DNA of 64,000 nucleotides from Histomonas meleagridis 2922-C6/04-290x (taxonomy: Eukaryota; Protista; Parabasalia), in the NCBI GenBank assembly GCA_020184695.1, contig JAANOX010000085.1, positions 248,001-312,000 on the forward strand, read 5' to 3'. The position numbers were made by a program, and so were the translations under genes. Below the pieces are notes generated by a model. That model ran no database searches. It was not told the DNA's origin and saw only the letters and a list, made by a program, of their open reading frames with translations. Shown piece by piece: positions 53,962-64,000 of this stretch; positions within the stretch are counted from its first letter, which is position 1, and the number at the start of each line of letters is the position of its first letter.

Positions 53962-54699
53962 TTAAAGAAGCGAAACGAAGCTATCATCGATATTAACGAG
54001 ATCTGTATTTTCATGGTACGAATCATCGATTTTAAATATTCGTGTTAAATTTGCAATTTCTAAGGCGGTGCAATCGTAACCACAAAACAAAGCAAAATCA
54101 TTAACACAAACACCAGCACTAATGTATTGGATTCCGCGATTTACAGTGGCAGCTTCAACTGTTATATCGAGCATTTTCGAAAGAGATTCAATTTCTTCTG
54201 GTGTTGCCTTTGGTGTAACAATGCATCCTTTGTTAGTCATAACAGAATAACTTCCAACGAGTGACTCTTCAGCAATTTTAGTTTTAATGACTTCGACTCC
54301 AAGAACACGTTCAAGTGTTTCTAACGTATCTTCATCAAGCTCTGGATGAACAAGAGCAAAGTGATCATTACATGATATCACATTTCCAAGAGCAGAAAAG
54401 CGTTCTTCAATTTTTGCAATTTCGATTGATTCTGGAAGATTTGCTCTAATTGAATCAATTTCTATGGTTGTCGTAGTTAAAGGAACAATTAAGCCGTTTT
54501 TATTTCCGACTACAAGGCGGCCAACAATAGGTGTTCCTGCAATACTTGAATGGATTATTGGGATTTTATCTGATAGAATTGATTCAAAAGATTGAAAAAA
54601 GTTATCAGTATTTGTGGATGGAAGGATTGCATAGCTGTTTGTAATTCTTGCGTATGCTCCAACTTCTGATGAACTTTGAAATCTGCAGCGAGAAACCAT
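53962..54699 (-). CDS. EIF6: Translation initiation factor 6
   Basis: SSEVGAYARITNSY, VGRLVVGNKNGL, SALGNVISCND and ATVNRG. Confidence 0.97.
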   Translation of the reverse strand: MVSRCRFQSSSEVGAYARITNSYAILPSTNTDNFFQSFESILSDKIPIIHSSIAGTPIVGRLVVGNKNGLIVPLTTTTIEIDSIRANLPESIEIAKIEERFSALGNVISCNDHFALVHPELDEDTLETLERVLGVEVIKTKIAEESLVGSYSVMTNKGCIVTPKATPEEIESLSKMLDITVEAATVNRGIQYISAGVCVNDFALFCGYDCTALEIANLTRIFKIDDSYHENTDLVNIDDSFVSLL

Positions 54700-55382
54700 T
54701 GCTTGGCCTTGATTTAACGGTCAATTCTCTTGGACTTGAGAACGTTATTTTGGTATGCACTTTTAGCCGTCTTTTGGCATATATTTTCAAACCATCTTTT
54801 AAGATAGTTTTGACTAAATGGTTTGATAATAACATGGATAAAGTTAAAGAACATCTCAAGCCCATTACTATGTATGATGTTAATGACAAAATTTGTAATG
54901 GACAAATGGAAAACAAAGAATGTTCCAAGAAAGAAAAAATTAATACATAATAAAACACTTTTCTTTATATCAATAAAATGTTCATTAACTTATGCTAATA
55001 TATAATATAGATTTGCCTTTCTGTGCATAAATTCCCAATTATTTTCTTTAATATTTAATGCGCTATGTATTACAATGCTTGTGAATATCTAATAAACAAC
55101 AATAAAATGAAATATAAGTAAAATGCTTATGATATCAATATATAATAACTTTTTCTTTTTAAATTTCATAAGAACTGGTGTAATATCAAGCAACCACTAT
55201 TTTTTCATCATAATAAATCAAATATCCGAATAATAAATAAATTTAGTAAATATTTATCTAAAAAATGAAATAAAAATGAAGCTAAAGATTCATTATATCC
55301 AAATAAGAAACATTCATATGAATTAAATAAAATTATATAAAAATTAAATAATTTAATTAATTTACATATAAAAAATTTATTA

Positions 55383-56384
55383 TTATATCCAAAATCCAAG
55401 AATTCCCGTCATTGAATTCTTACAGAACGTTGGCGGTATCAATAAGTTTTCTGCTTCCTGAACAATTCTTTTCACATCCCAATTCGGGTATTCTTGAATT
55501 GCTTGCAACTGTTCGAACGGACTGCTTTTTAATGGCACTTGGTTCAAATGCGCCGAAACAAGTGCGTTTAAAAACTCCTCAAAATTACCTCTATTCAAAA
55601 TGATTGAATCCCAAATTAACAAAAACGATTTCGGATGATGATTATCGACAAAGAACACGCCACACCAATTAGAAGCAAAATCAACACTACCACAGTTTTG
55701 CTTGGCTAAGCATTGCATTATTTCGGGATTGTGGCTCCTTAGGTAGCCATCAATTTTTTGGAAATAATTCATGATGCTTGAGGCATGATTTAGATTGGAA
55801 TCAATGTTGTTGACTGAAATGATCTTGCGTAATAAGTTGATGGAAAAGGCTTCCGCTTCTAAAAGACTAAGTCCGATCTTAAGAGAAAATGCAAGAGATA
55901 TACCATAGCTAATTGCAGCAAAACGATCATAACCTTGTAGATATTGACACTGGGGCATCTCTTTGATGACAATGGTGATAACACGAATAATGCGTTTTTC
56001 GGTATATTGCGCATATTCTTTTTGTAATCCAATGGCAATTAAAAAGTTAGTAAACCAAGTTTGTGCACGTTTGACATCAGAAACTATTTCTCTTGTAACT
56101 TTACTACTGAGGATTTCGGGAAATTCTCCATTGGGCTTTTGATAATATTCTATTTTTTGGTTATAACTTTGGATTCTGCCATAAAGCGATTTTCCCCATA
56201 ATGTTTTATCCTCTGGTAATGCGCCTAATACAATCATCCAGGCAAGATAGCGAGATTCTGGTCTCTTTTCAAGCTCTTTCTTATCAAGGAATTCAATCGA
56301 TGATTTCATGTCGTAGACGTCAAAAGTAATAGAACTTAAAGCTTTATCTATAAGGTCAACAGAGAGAATGTCTTCTTTCTTCAT
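55383..56384 (-). CDS. TBC-domain Rab GTPase-activating protein
   Basis: SRYLAWMIVLGALP, IVSDVKR (Arg finger) and YLQGYDR (Gln finger). Confidence 0.85.
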   Translation of the reverse strand: MKKEDILSVDLIDKALSSITFDVYDMKSSIEFLDKKELEKRPESRYLAWMIVLGALPEDKTLWGKSLYGRIQSYNQKIEYYQKPNGEFPEILSSKVTREIVSDVKRAQTWFTNFLIAIGLQKEYAQYTEKRIIRVITIVIKEMPQCQYLQGYDRFAAISYGISLAFSLKIGLSLLEAEAFSINLLRKIISVNNIDSNLNHASSIMNYFQKIDGYLRSHNPEIMQCLAKQNCGSVDFASNWCGVFFVDNHHPKSFLLIWDSIILNRGNFEEFLNALVSAHLNQVPLKSSPFEQLQAIQEYPNWDVKRIVQEAENLLIPPTFCKNSMTGILGFWI

Positions 56385-56560
56385 CTACTGTCACTTTTTA
56401 GTTTCCATTTTGAAGTTCGAAACAAAACAATTTAAAAAAGAAAAATATTAATAAATGAAAATGATTTTAAATCAATTACTTTTTACACATGAAATAATTA
56501 TTGACAAAAGTAAAATGAAACAATAAAATCAATTTAATAATAAAAATAAAAATATTACAA

Positions 56561-57394
56561 TTATTGATCAATAAATCCAACTTGTGATTGACCGCTTTCA
56601 ATGAGCTTTTTATATTCCGTTTGTCTAAGGTGAAGTACACACTGTCTTCGGTTCGGACTCTTTTCTAATTCATCTACATTTGCTGTTGCTAGCACGCAAT
56701 TGCTGCTCAGTTGTATTCCAACTTTTCCTTCTCTGACCAAATGCGCAAGATCAAACGCATTTTCTACTGTCTGTGCAAAGCTTAATGGTGTTGTGATAAC
56801 TTGTGAAATCGGAGTGTTTCCTTTTTGCTTTAATTTGTCGCATAGCTTTCGAGCTCTTGATAAAAGTTGATTTGATCTGCGCTCATCCATTTGTTTTGCA
56901 TCAACTGATTTGATCTCAGCAATGACGTCTTTTGGAGCTCGCTGTGTTTTGGCCCTTTCCTTGCGGACTTGTTCGAATTTGCCAAGACCAAATAAGAATG
57001 ATGTTGCTGGTGGAACAACTTTGGATTTACGAAGAGCCCATTCACCAAGAGCTTCAAAATCAATAGATCCACCTGGAGCAGCATATTTAGTGAGTATGTT
57101 ATTATTAATATTTGCAAGGTTAACTGATGTTGGACTAAGATTAACTGAGGCTGCTTGGGAAACTGCAATGCTTGTAATCGTAAGCATCGTTTCACAGTCA
57201 TGTGTCATTGCAGATGGAGTTGAAACTTCTTGAAATAGTGAATCAGATTTTTCCAAAAGTTTGGTTAATTTTTTTGGTGATTGAGAAAATATTAGTTTCT
57301 CTTCCTTTCCTTTTGCCTTTAAATTTAGTTCTCTGATACTATTAATAAGTTCTGCTCTTTTTGCATTGGATTCTATAGTATGGACGTTTTTCAT
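56561..57394 (-). CDS. NSE4: SMC5/6 kleisin Nse4/EID3-like
   Basis: C-terminal FAQTVENAFDLAHLVREGKV matches Nse4_C. Confidence 0.8.
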   Translation of the reverse strand: MKNVHTIESNAKRAELINSIRELNLKAKGKEEKLIFSQSPKKLTKLLEKSDSLFQEVSTPSAMTHDCETMLTITSIAVSQAASVNLSPTSVNLANINNNILTKYAAPGGSIDFEALGEWALRKSKVVPPATSFLFGLGKFEQVRKERAKTQRAPKDVIAEIKSVDAKQMDERRSNQLLSRARKLCDKLKQKGNTPISQVITTPLSFAQTVENAFDLAHLVREGKVGIQLSSNCVLATANVDELEKSPNRRQCVLHLRQTEYKKLIESGQSQVGFIDQ

Positions 57395-58777
57395 TTTAAG
57401 AAATTGACTGACTTTGCTCGACCAATAGAAATTAGAAATTATGAAAATTGGAGAATTCTCTCTGATTCAGTATATAAGTGGCACATGTTTTAGTCCCACA
57501 AGTAATGGAATCAAACTCTTTACTATTAATTAACTATTTTTATAATTTCATATGAAGCAATAAAATTCATGTTATATGCTTAGATAAAAAAGTACTCTAC
57601 ATAATGTTTATGTAATAATGATGCTCATATAGCAACTTGGAATGTGGACTAAAAAATCGTTGATAAAAATAATGCATTTTTTGAATGAATTTTAAATTTC
57701 GATAGAAATATAAAATAAATTGATTTTGATGTTATTACATTAGTAACTATTACTTGGAAGCATGTGTTGATTCAGTACTTAAAATAAATAAGTTAAATCA
57801 GTAAAAAATAACAAAAGGTGCCAACATCACTTTTCTTTGTTATTTTGAGGTGAATTTTTTCTGAGTAATGAGCACTTTTTATTTGAATTTAAAAAATGAA
57901 AATATCCAAAAAAATAATGAATTGCTTCACTTGTAAAGGTGTGAAATAAGATTTATTCTATACTTATATCAAAATTTTAAAGTTATATAGAAATTCCATT
58001 GTAGAATGTTTCAATTACGCAATTTTTTTTTTTTTTTTAATTTTTCCCCAAAGTCGACGTATAACCGCTCGCTTTTTGACTGCTGAATTAATTGAAATTA
58101 AAGCCAGAAAAAGTTTGAATTAATACAATTTTTTGTGCTGACTAGAATTTTTGAAAAGAAACCGCTCTGGTATGATCAAAAGCATGTTCGCTTGCACTGT
58201 GTTGTTTCAAGTTTACTCATATCTATTAAATCACTCAAAACTTCTTACTGAAAAGATAACGCCCGAGAAACATAAGGTACTTTATCAATCATACAGATTT
58301 ACCTCGAAATTTTCAAAAGCTAAACTTTCAAATAAATTACATTTAATCACTATGAACCTAACATGGAGCTCCATTTTTATTTTTTTTAATAATTTTTACT
58401 CTTATTTAATATCCAAAAATTATTTTTTGGTTGATATTACTTCAAGTAATTTGTATTCACAATGCTTGTTGTACTTCCCAGGTACAGTAACAATGAATTT
58501 ATTAATTAATAATCTTCAATTTTCTAGCTTTCTTCTCCAACAAAATGATTCATTAAAAAATAGAAAATTCTTATTTGATTTGAGAAACAATATAAAGTTA
58601 ACTTTTTCTGGTTTCGATTTTGAGTTCATTCGGGTTGCTTTTGACCAATTCTTTTCTTCCTTGAATAACATTTTAATTTTGTTTTCAATTTTTAGTATGC
58701 TTTTTATCAAAATAAAAGTTTATTTAACCAAGGTTTACTATAATGATAATCAGAAAAAAGAAAAGTTTAAGTTCAAA

Positions 58778-61437
58778 ATTATTCCTCTTATTTTTATTCT
58801 CTTTTCTATACATTCATTCGAAATATTTGATCATGTAACGAAAACACTTACTATTACAAATTCTAGTGAATATCAAACGAAGGATGAATATCTAACCCAA
58901 GCTCAACATATTATAATTTCTGGAAGTATCGAAGAAATAGAAAATAACGCATTCTATGAATGGCCTATGAAATTGGAAAAACAGTTACTTCGATTGGAAC
59001 AATAGCATTTTCTAAATGTATTTACCTTAGAAACGTAACAATTGGAGATAATGTGATAAATATAATGCATGCTGTATTTAGGGAGTGCATTAACTTAGAA
59101 AATATAACATTTGGAAAAAGTGTAGCAAATTTAGGAAAAAATGTATTTCAATATTGTTCCTCATTAACAAGTATAATATTACCAAATTTAATTAATTCAA
59201 TTTCAGATTATACATTTCATTTATGTTCAAACATAAAAGTAATCACAATTCCTGATTTGGTTGTTTCAATTGGGAATTATGCATTTTTAGAATGCGGTGG
59301 GTTGAATTGGATCAAATTAAACACAAATTCAGCACTCACTGTAATTGGAGTGGGTGCTTTTCGAAACTGTGTTTCATTAATATATTTTTTCGTTCCGAAA
59401 AATGTTAGTTATATTACATCATTTGCTTTTGCAGGATGTGACAATTTGCAATTTATCGAGGTATCTGTAGAAAATATTTATTTTTGTAATAGTAATAATG
59501 GAATTCTTTATAATAACAATATTACAAAAATTATTTGTTGCCCTCCTATAATTTCATCGAATTTATTTGAAATCCCCAATTCTGTTGTCACAATTGGAAA
59601 TAGTGCATTTCACCATAGTCAAATGAACAAATTTAGTATTGGGGAAAACGTTAAAACAATTGAAGCTAATGCATTTTATCAAAGTCGGGTAAAAGAATTT
59701 AACATTGGGAAAAATGTTCAAACAATTGGCAATTATGCATTTTATCAATGTAATTATTTGGTAAATATCACAATTCCTAATTCAGTTACTTCTATCGGAT
59801 CATATATATTTTCTGGCTGTTCCAGTTTGAAAACTGTCAACATTGAAGGAAACTTAAATATTATTGAAGATTATGCATTCGTTGACTGTTCATCATTAAC
59901 AAATATCACAATCCCTGATTCAGTTACATCTATTGAACCTTATGCTTTTGGTTCATGCAAATCACTAAAAAATATTTTAATTCCAAAGTCAGTCATAAAT
60001 ATTGGATCACCAGTCTTTATAGGATGTACAAATCTCATGTTTATAGAAATATCTGAAGGAAACGATTATTATTGTCATGATAACAATGGAATTCTTTACG
60101 ATAAAAGACTTACCAAAATTATTTGTTGTCCACCAGGAATTTCATTAAATACGATTGAAATCCCTGAATCAGTTAATACAATTGGAGATTATGCGTTTTA
60201 TCAATGTTTAACATTAATAAATATTTTAATTCCAGATTTAGTGACAACAATTGGAATTTATACATTTTATAAATGCTCATCATTAACAAGTATTGTAATT
60301 CCTGATATAGTTACAACTATAGGACGTTATGCATTTTATGAATGTTTATCATTAACAAATATCTTGATTCCTGATTTAGTTACAACAATTGAGATTCATC
60401 TATTTTATGGATGCTCTCAATTAAAAACAATTATAATTGGCGAAAGTGTATCAACAATTGAAAGTTCTTCATTTTACAACTGCAAAAATCTTACTTGTAT
60501 TTATTTCAAAGGGAATAAATCCCCCACTATATCAGCTGTTTGTTTTACTAATGTGCCAGTAAAATATGTTATAACATCATATTTATATCAGGATTCGTTA
60601 TTTGGTCCTTTTTCCGTGTCTAAAGTTGCATCAGTTGAAGGATGTGATCAATATTTTCCAACATATACATTTACTATGTCAAATACTTTTTCAAAATCAA
60701 ATACACTGACTCTATCAAATTCATTTTCTAAATCTAATACATTTTCTAATTCAAATACATATACAAAATCAAATTCATTTACTAAAACGAATTCATTTAC
60801 TAAATCAAATACATTTTCTAATTCAAATACATATACAAAATCAAATTCATTTACTAAAACTAATTCATTTTCTGATACCAATTCATTTACTAAAATTAAT
60901 ACATTTTCTAATTCAAATACATATACAAAATCAAATTCATTTATAACTTCAAATTTAAAATTTAATATGACATTTATTGAAACAATAGTTTTAATTCAAT
61001 CAATTACAAGAACAGTTATTTCACGAACTTTCTTTTCGAACACAATAACTCTTTCTATATTTGGTTCTTCATATTCTTATATTGAAACTATATTCGTTTA
61101 TTATAATTATACTATTATTGAATATTCATCATATATCTCAATTTATTCAGGTTTTTATACGATTATTAATGAAAATGAAAATAATTATAATCAAAATACG
61201 AATGATCAAATCATTCTTATTGTTTGTATTTGTGTTGCCATAATTGTGATTATTATAATACTTGTCATTATTCTTGTTCGTATTCATAATAAAAAACAAA
61301 GTAGTCATGAAAGTATGAATGAAGACAATAATAATAATAAAGATATTACATTTAATAATTTTACTAACCTTTCAAATATTGATGAAGATCCATTTGAACA
61401 AGATTTTAAAGAAGAGAAATATTTTCAAAATATTTAA
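58778..61437 (+). CDS. BspA-like (TpLRR) type I surface protein, with an apparent frameshift near 58970 and no ATG at its signal peptide
   Basis: Signal-like IIPLIFILFSIHS at 58778, about 20 TpLRR repeats (LTSIxIPxxVTxIGxxAF), an SNSFTK stalk, a TM helix and an acidic tail DEDPFEQDFKEE. The frame changes at AFYEWP / EIGKTVTSIG. Confidence 0.85.
60670..60950 (+). repeat. Coding 18-nt repeats encoding SNSFTK/SNTFSN/SNTYTK stalk
   Basis: Hexapeptide S/T/N-rich tandem repeats just before the TM region of the BspA protein. Confidence 0.9.
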
Positions 61438-61757
61438 ATTATATGACTAAATTTATTTATTAATAAATATTTACGAGTATATTTTTTTTTATATATAAAT
61501 GATCCATTAAAATTTTTGATTTTTTACATTTTAATTCGTTTTCTGTATGCTCTTGTACTTATACATATCAAACATTTAAAAAAAATCAATTCCTGATCAA
61601 GTTTGACTCAGGAAATATTTCCAAATAACATATAATAGAGGAAAACTTAAATGTTAATATATAAATGAAAAAACAAAAAGTTATGCAAAGAAAAAATACA
61701 TGAACTTAATTAAAGAGCATATGTTAAAAGTAAGGAGTATTTTTAGTCAGATGATTT

Positions 61758-62207
61758 TTAAGGAATTTGATCTTTAATTGCTTCGATTTGTTTGGCCATT
61801 TCAGGTATAATTTTAGCTGATACATTTGGAAGTTCGTAAGTAATCAAAGCGAAAAGTGGTTGTTTTCCATCTCTATTCGTTCTATATAAGCAGAATCCGT
61901 CAGTTCGGTTAGTATTTGGATCAGCTCTTCCGTACATTATTCCATCATAAAATCGATGAACATGATAGTGGACATCATTGAAAGTGATTCCTGCCTTTAT
62001 TGTATCATCATAATCTTTGAAAGAGTCAAGATAAGATTGAATTTGTTCTGAAGTTATACCTTCAACCGATGAATAAAGGATATTTTTATCCTCTGTAAAA
62101 AAGAGAGAGTTTGACCATTGCGGATTGCTTTGGGCGAGTTGAGTGCAATTTTCGTTCGACATGCAGAACAGTATGTCACTTTTGTAAATGGGCCAAACAT
62201 TTTCCAC
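61758..62207 (-). CDS. Profilin-like protein
   Basis: GITFNDVHYHVHRF..GIMYGR..GFCLYRT..FALITYE..AKIIPEMAKQI follows the profilin pattern; 149 aa. Confidence 0.6.
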   Translation of the reverse strand: MENVWPIYKSDILFCMSNENCTQLAQSNPQWSNSLFFTEDKNILYSSVEGITSEQIQSYLDSFKDYDDTIKAGITFNDVHYHVHRFYDGIMYGRADPNTNRTDGFCLYRTNRDGKQPLFALITYELPNVSAKIIPEMAKQIEAIKDQIP

Positions 62208-62816
62208 ATGGATAACAAGATATTTAAAACAACATGTATATAATAGTTTTTATTCTTTGTGCACCCTTCTTGCAAGGATAGTATATATAGGATTATCAAA
62301 TTCCTCCTAAACGAATTACAGGGTTTTGTAGCACTCCATTCTCCAACATTTTCACATAACAATTCACATGCAAATCTCCATTGTTGAAGTTAGCAATGAA
62401 GTAAAATAAACAAATGACTTTTTTCAGGATAAAAGCATAATGTACATTTAATTTGGGTTTTAAATTATTAGCATTTTCCATATCGATACTTTCGTATAAC
62501 TATTTAAAATGGAACACTATAAAAATTTTCTTTGTATGAAAACCCATAACAATAGACACTTTTTTGTTCACAACCAAAAAGTTCCTCTCAGAATAAACCG
62601 TCACATTTCTTCAACCCTTATCCCGAAAATATGACATTTTATTCCATGAAAATTTGAATGTATCAGTAATATCGTGAAATGGGTACCCAACGATAGAATT
62701 GAAAAAGTTGATAAACAACAACCCATTCCGGGGTACCCCATATATCAAAAAGTTTGTGGCGGTTAACTGGCACCATTTCCACATGCTCCAGTTATTGAGT
62801 AGTTTATTCGTTCAAA

Positions 62817-64000
62817 ATGAATCAAAAGCAAACTGCAACAACAAACCAGAAATCTCAAAACGAATGGGAAACATTTACAACGCTCAAGAACATAATCTTT
62901 GGTTTGAATATAGATAATTTTCCTCAATCATCAAATATTATTCTCAGCAAATTTTTGTAAAGAATATCCAATATCTTATGATATCATTATATGCCAAATG
63001 ATATATATCTCTTTTCTGATTAATAGTAATAATTTTGATATATATTTGAGATTATTACAAGAAATTGAAAAATATGAAGAAAATAATAATATCAACTCAA
63101 AAATAATAAATTTATTTTCTCAATTTCTTCTTCAAGAAAACACTCAAGAATCATTTTATTTACTTAATTATATGATTAAGTATAATTTAATTGAATCAAA
63201 AATCATCCAAAATAAATGTGAACCATTTTTTGTTCATATTAATCAAGATCAATTAGTTAGATATAAATATTTTTTTAATCAAGAAAATATTTCTTATGAA
63301 GAACTTTCGAAGAATGATTTTGCACTTCATAAGCAATTAATTAAAGAAGGAGTTAATCCAAATGAAATTGCAAAAATAATTCGAAATGATGAAATAGAAA
63401 AACTACAAGAAATATCATCACAAAATGAATTCGATTATAATCAAATTATTCCAAAATCAATTTATGAAAGATGTTCATTTATTAACAATTGGAATGTTAC
63501 ATTAATTGATTATGCAGCATTTTTTGGATCAGTTAAATGTTTTAAATATTTACTTATGAATGATTCTAAAATAGATAACACAGGTAAATATGCAGTTGCA
63601 GGTGGAAATGAAGAAATTATTCATTTATGTGAACAAAATCATTCATCATTTAAAGATGCATATAAAACAGCAATTGAATTTCATCGAAATGATATTTTTT
63701 ATTATCTTTATGAAAATAAAATTGAAGATAATAATAATTTAAAAGAATTAGGAAAAATATGTGTTTCATATTTTAATTATGAAATTTTTACATATTTAGA
63801 AAAAGGAGGAATGAAAATTAATGAAAATTAATGAAAATATCATTAATGAAGCAGCAAAAATTGGAAATATTTTTCTTGTAAAATTTTTCCTTAAAAATAA
63901 TCAACTTCCAGAAGATATTTTAGTTTTTGCTTCATTTTCAGGAAATATTGAACTTGTTACATACATTTTAAAGCAAAGAGGAATTGATATTAATGCTAAA
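62817..64000 (+). pseudogene. Second, near-identical DUF3447-ankyrin gene copy (cut by window end)
   Basis: Near-identical to the reverse complement of 17949-19122. It has an extra T at 62952-62956 and an extra ATGAAAATTA unit at 63811-63830. The window ends at ..AATGCTAAA, immediately before the site of the first spacer. Confidence 0.85.

Noticed and set aside
54648-54958. 100-117 aa ORFs overlapping the eIF6 start and promoter
   Set aside because: No recognisable domain, they overlap the eIF6 5' end, and there is no good start context. At most a gene remnant.
1-64000. tRNA or rRNA genes, and bacterial contamination
   Set aside because: No cloverleaf or rRNA-like tract was seen. Bacterial-like genes sit among eukaryotic genes with trichomonad start contexts and no operon or Shine-Dalgarno structure.

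Overview
AT-rich, gene-dense eukaryotic DNA, almost certainly a parabasalid (trichomonad, Tritrichomonas-like). This is inferred from an IBP39-type initiator-binding-domain gene, DUF3447-type ankyrin genes, a BspA-like LRR surface protein, Inr/M3/M5-like promoter motifs and very short intergenic spaces. I found no canonical GT..ACTAAC..AG intron. About 28 apparently intact genes are present, including RPN6, UNC50, ATG8, CCDC47, RPL7A, PMT, a Rab, an ABCD transporter, ALG1-like, UEV1/MMS2, CDC7, MAP65/ASE1, eIF6, a TBC GAP, NSE4 and a profilin-like gene. There are two likely bacterial-derived genes (CobD/HisC-like PLP enzyme, cupin) and two apparent pseudoenzymes of cyclic-nucleotide signalling. 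Mobile DNA comprises an internally deleted mariner with TIRs and TA TSD, a disrupted P-element-type transposase and a Helitron-like 3' terminus. The standout is a DUF3447-ankyrin gene family seen three times (16451-19122 minus, a fragment at 48396-48660 minus, and 62817 to window end plus). In the first two, every 34-aa ankyrin repeat is a stop-free 102-nt module separated from the next by a conserved, TA-flanked, non-GT-AG spacer containing a conserved hairpin. The spacer is 68 nt in nine of ten cases and 60 nt once. Precise spacer removal restores a perfect ankyrin array whose variation falls at DARPin-type binding positions. This suggests non-canonical introns or excised DNA in a modular variable-binder system. 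All calls were made by eye, without database searches.
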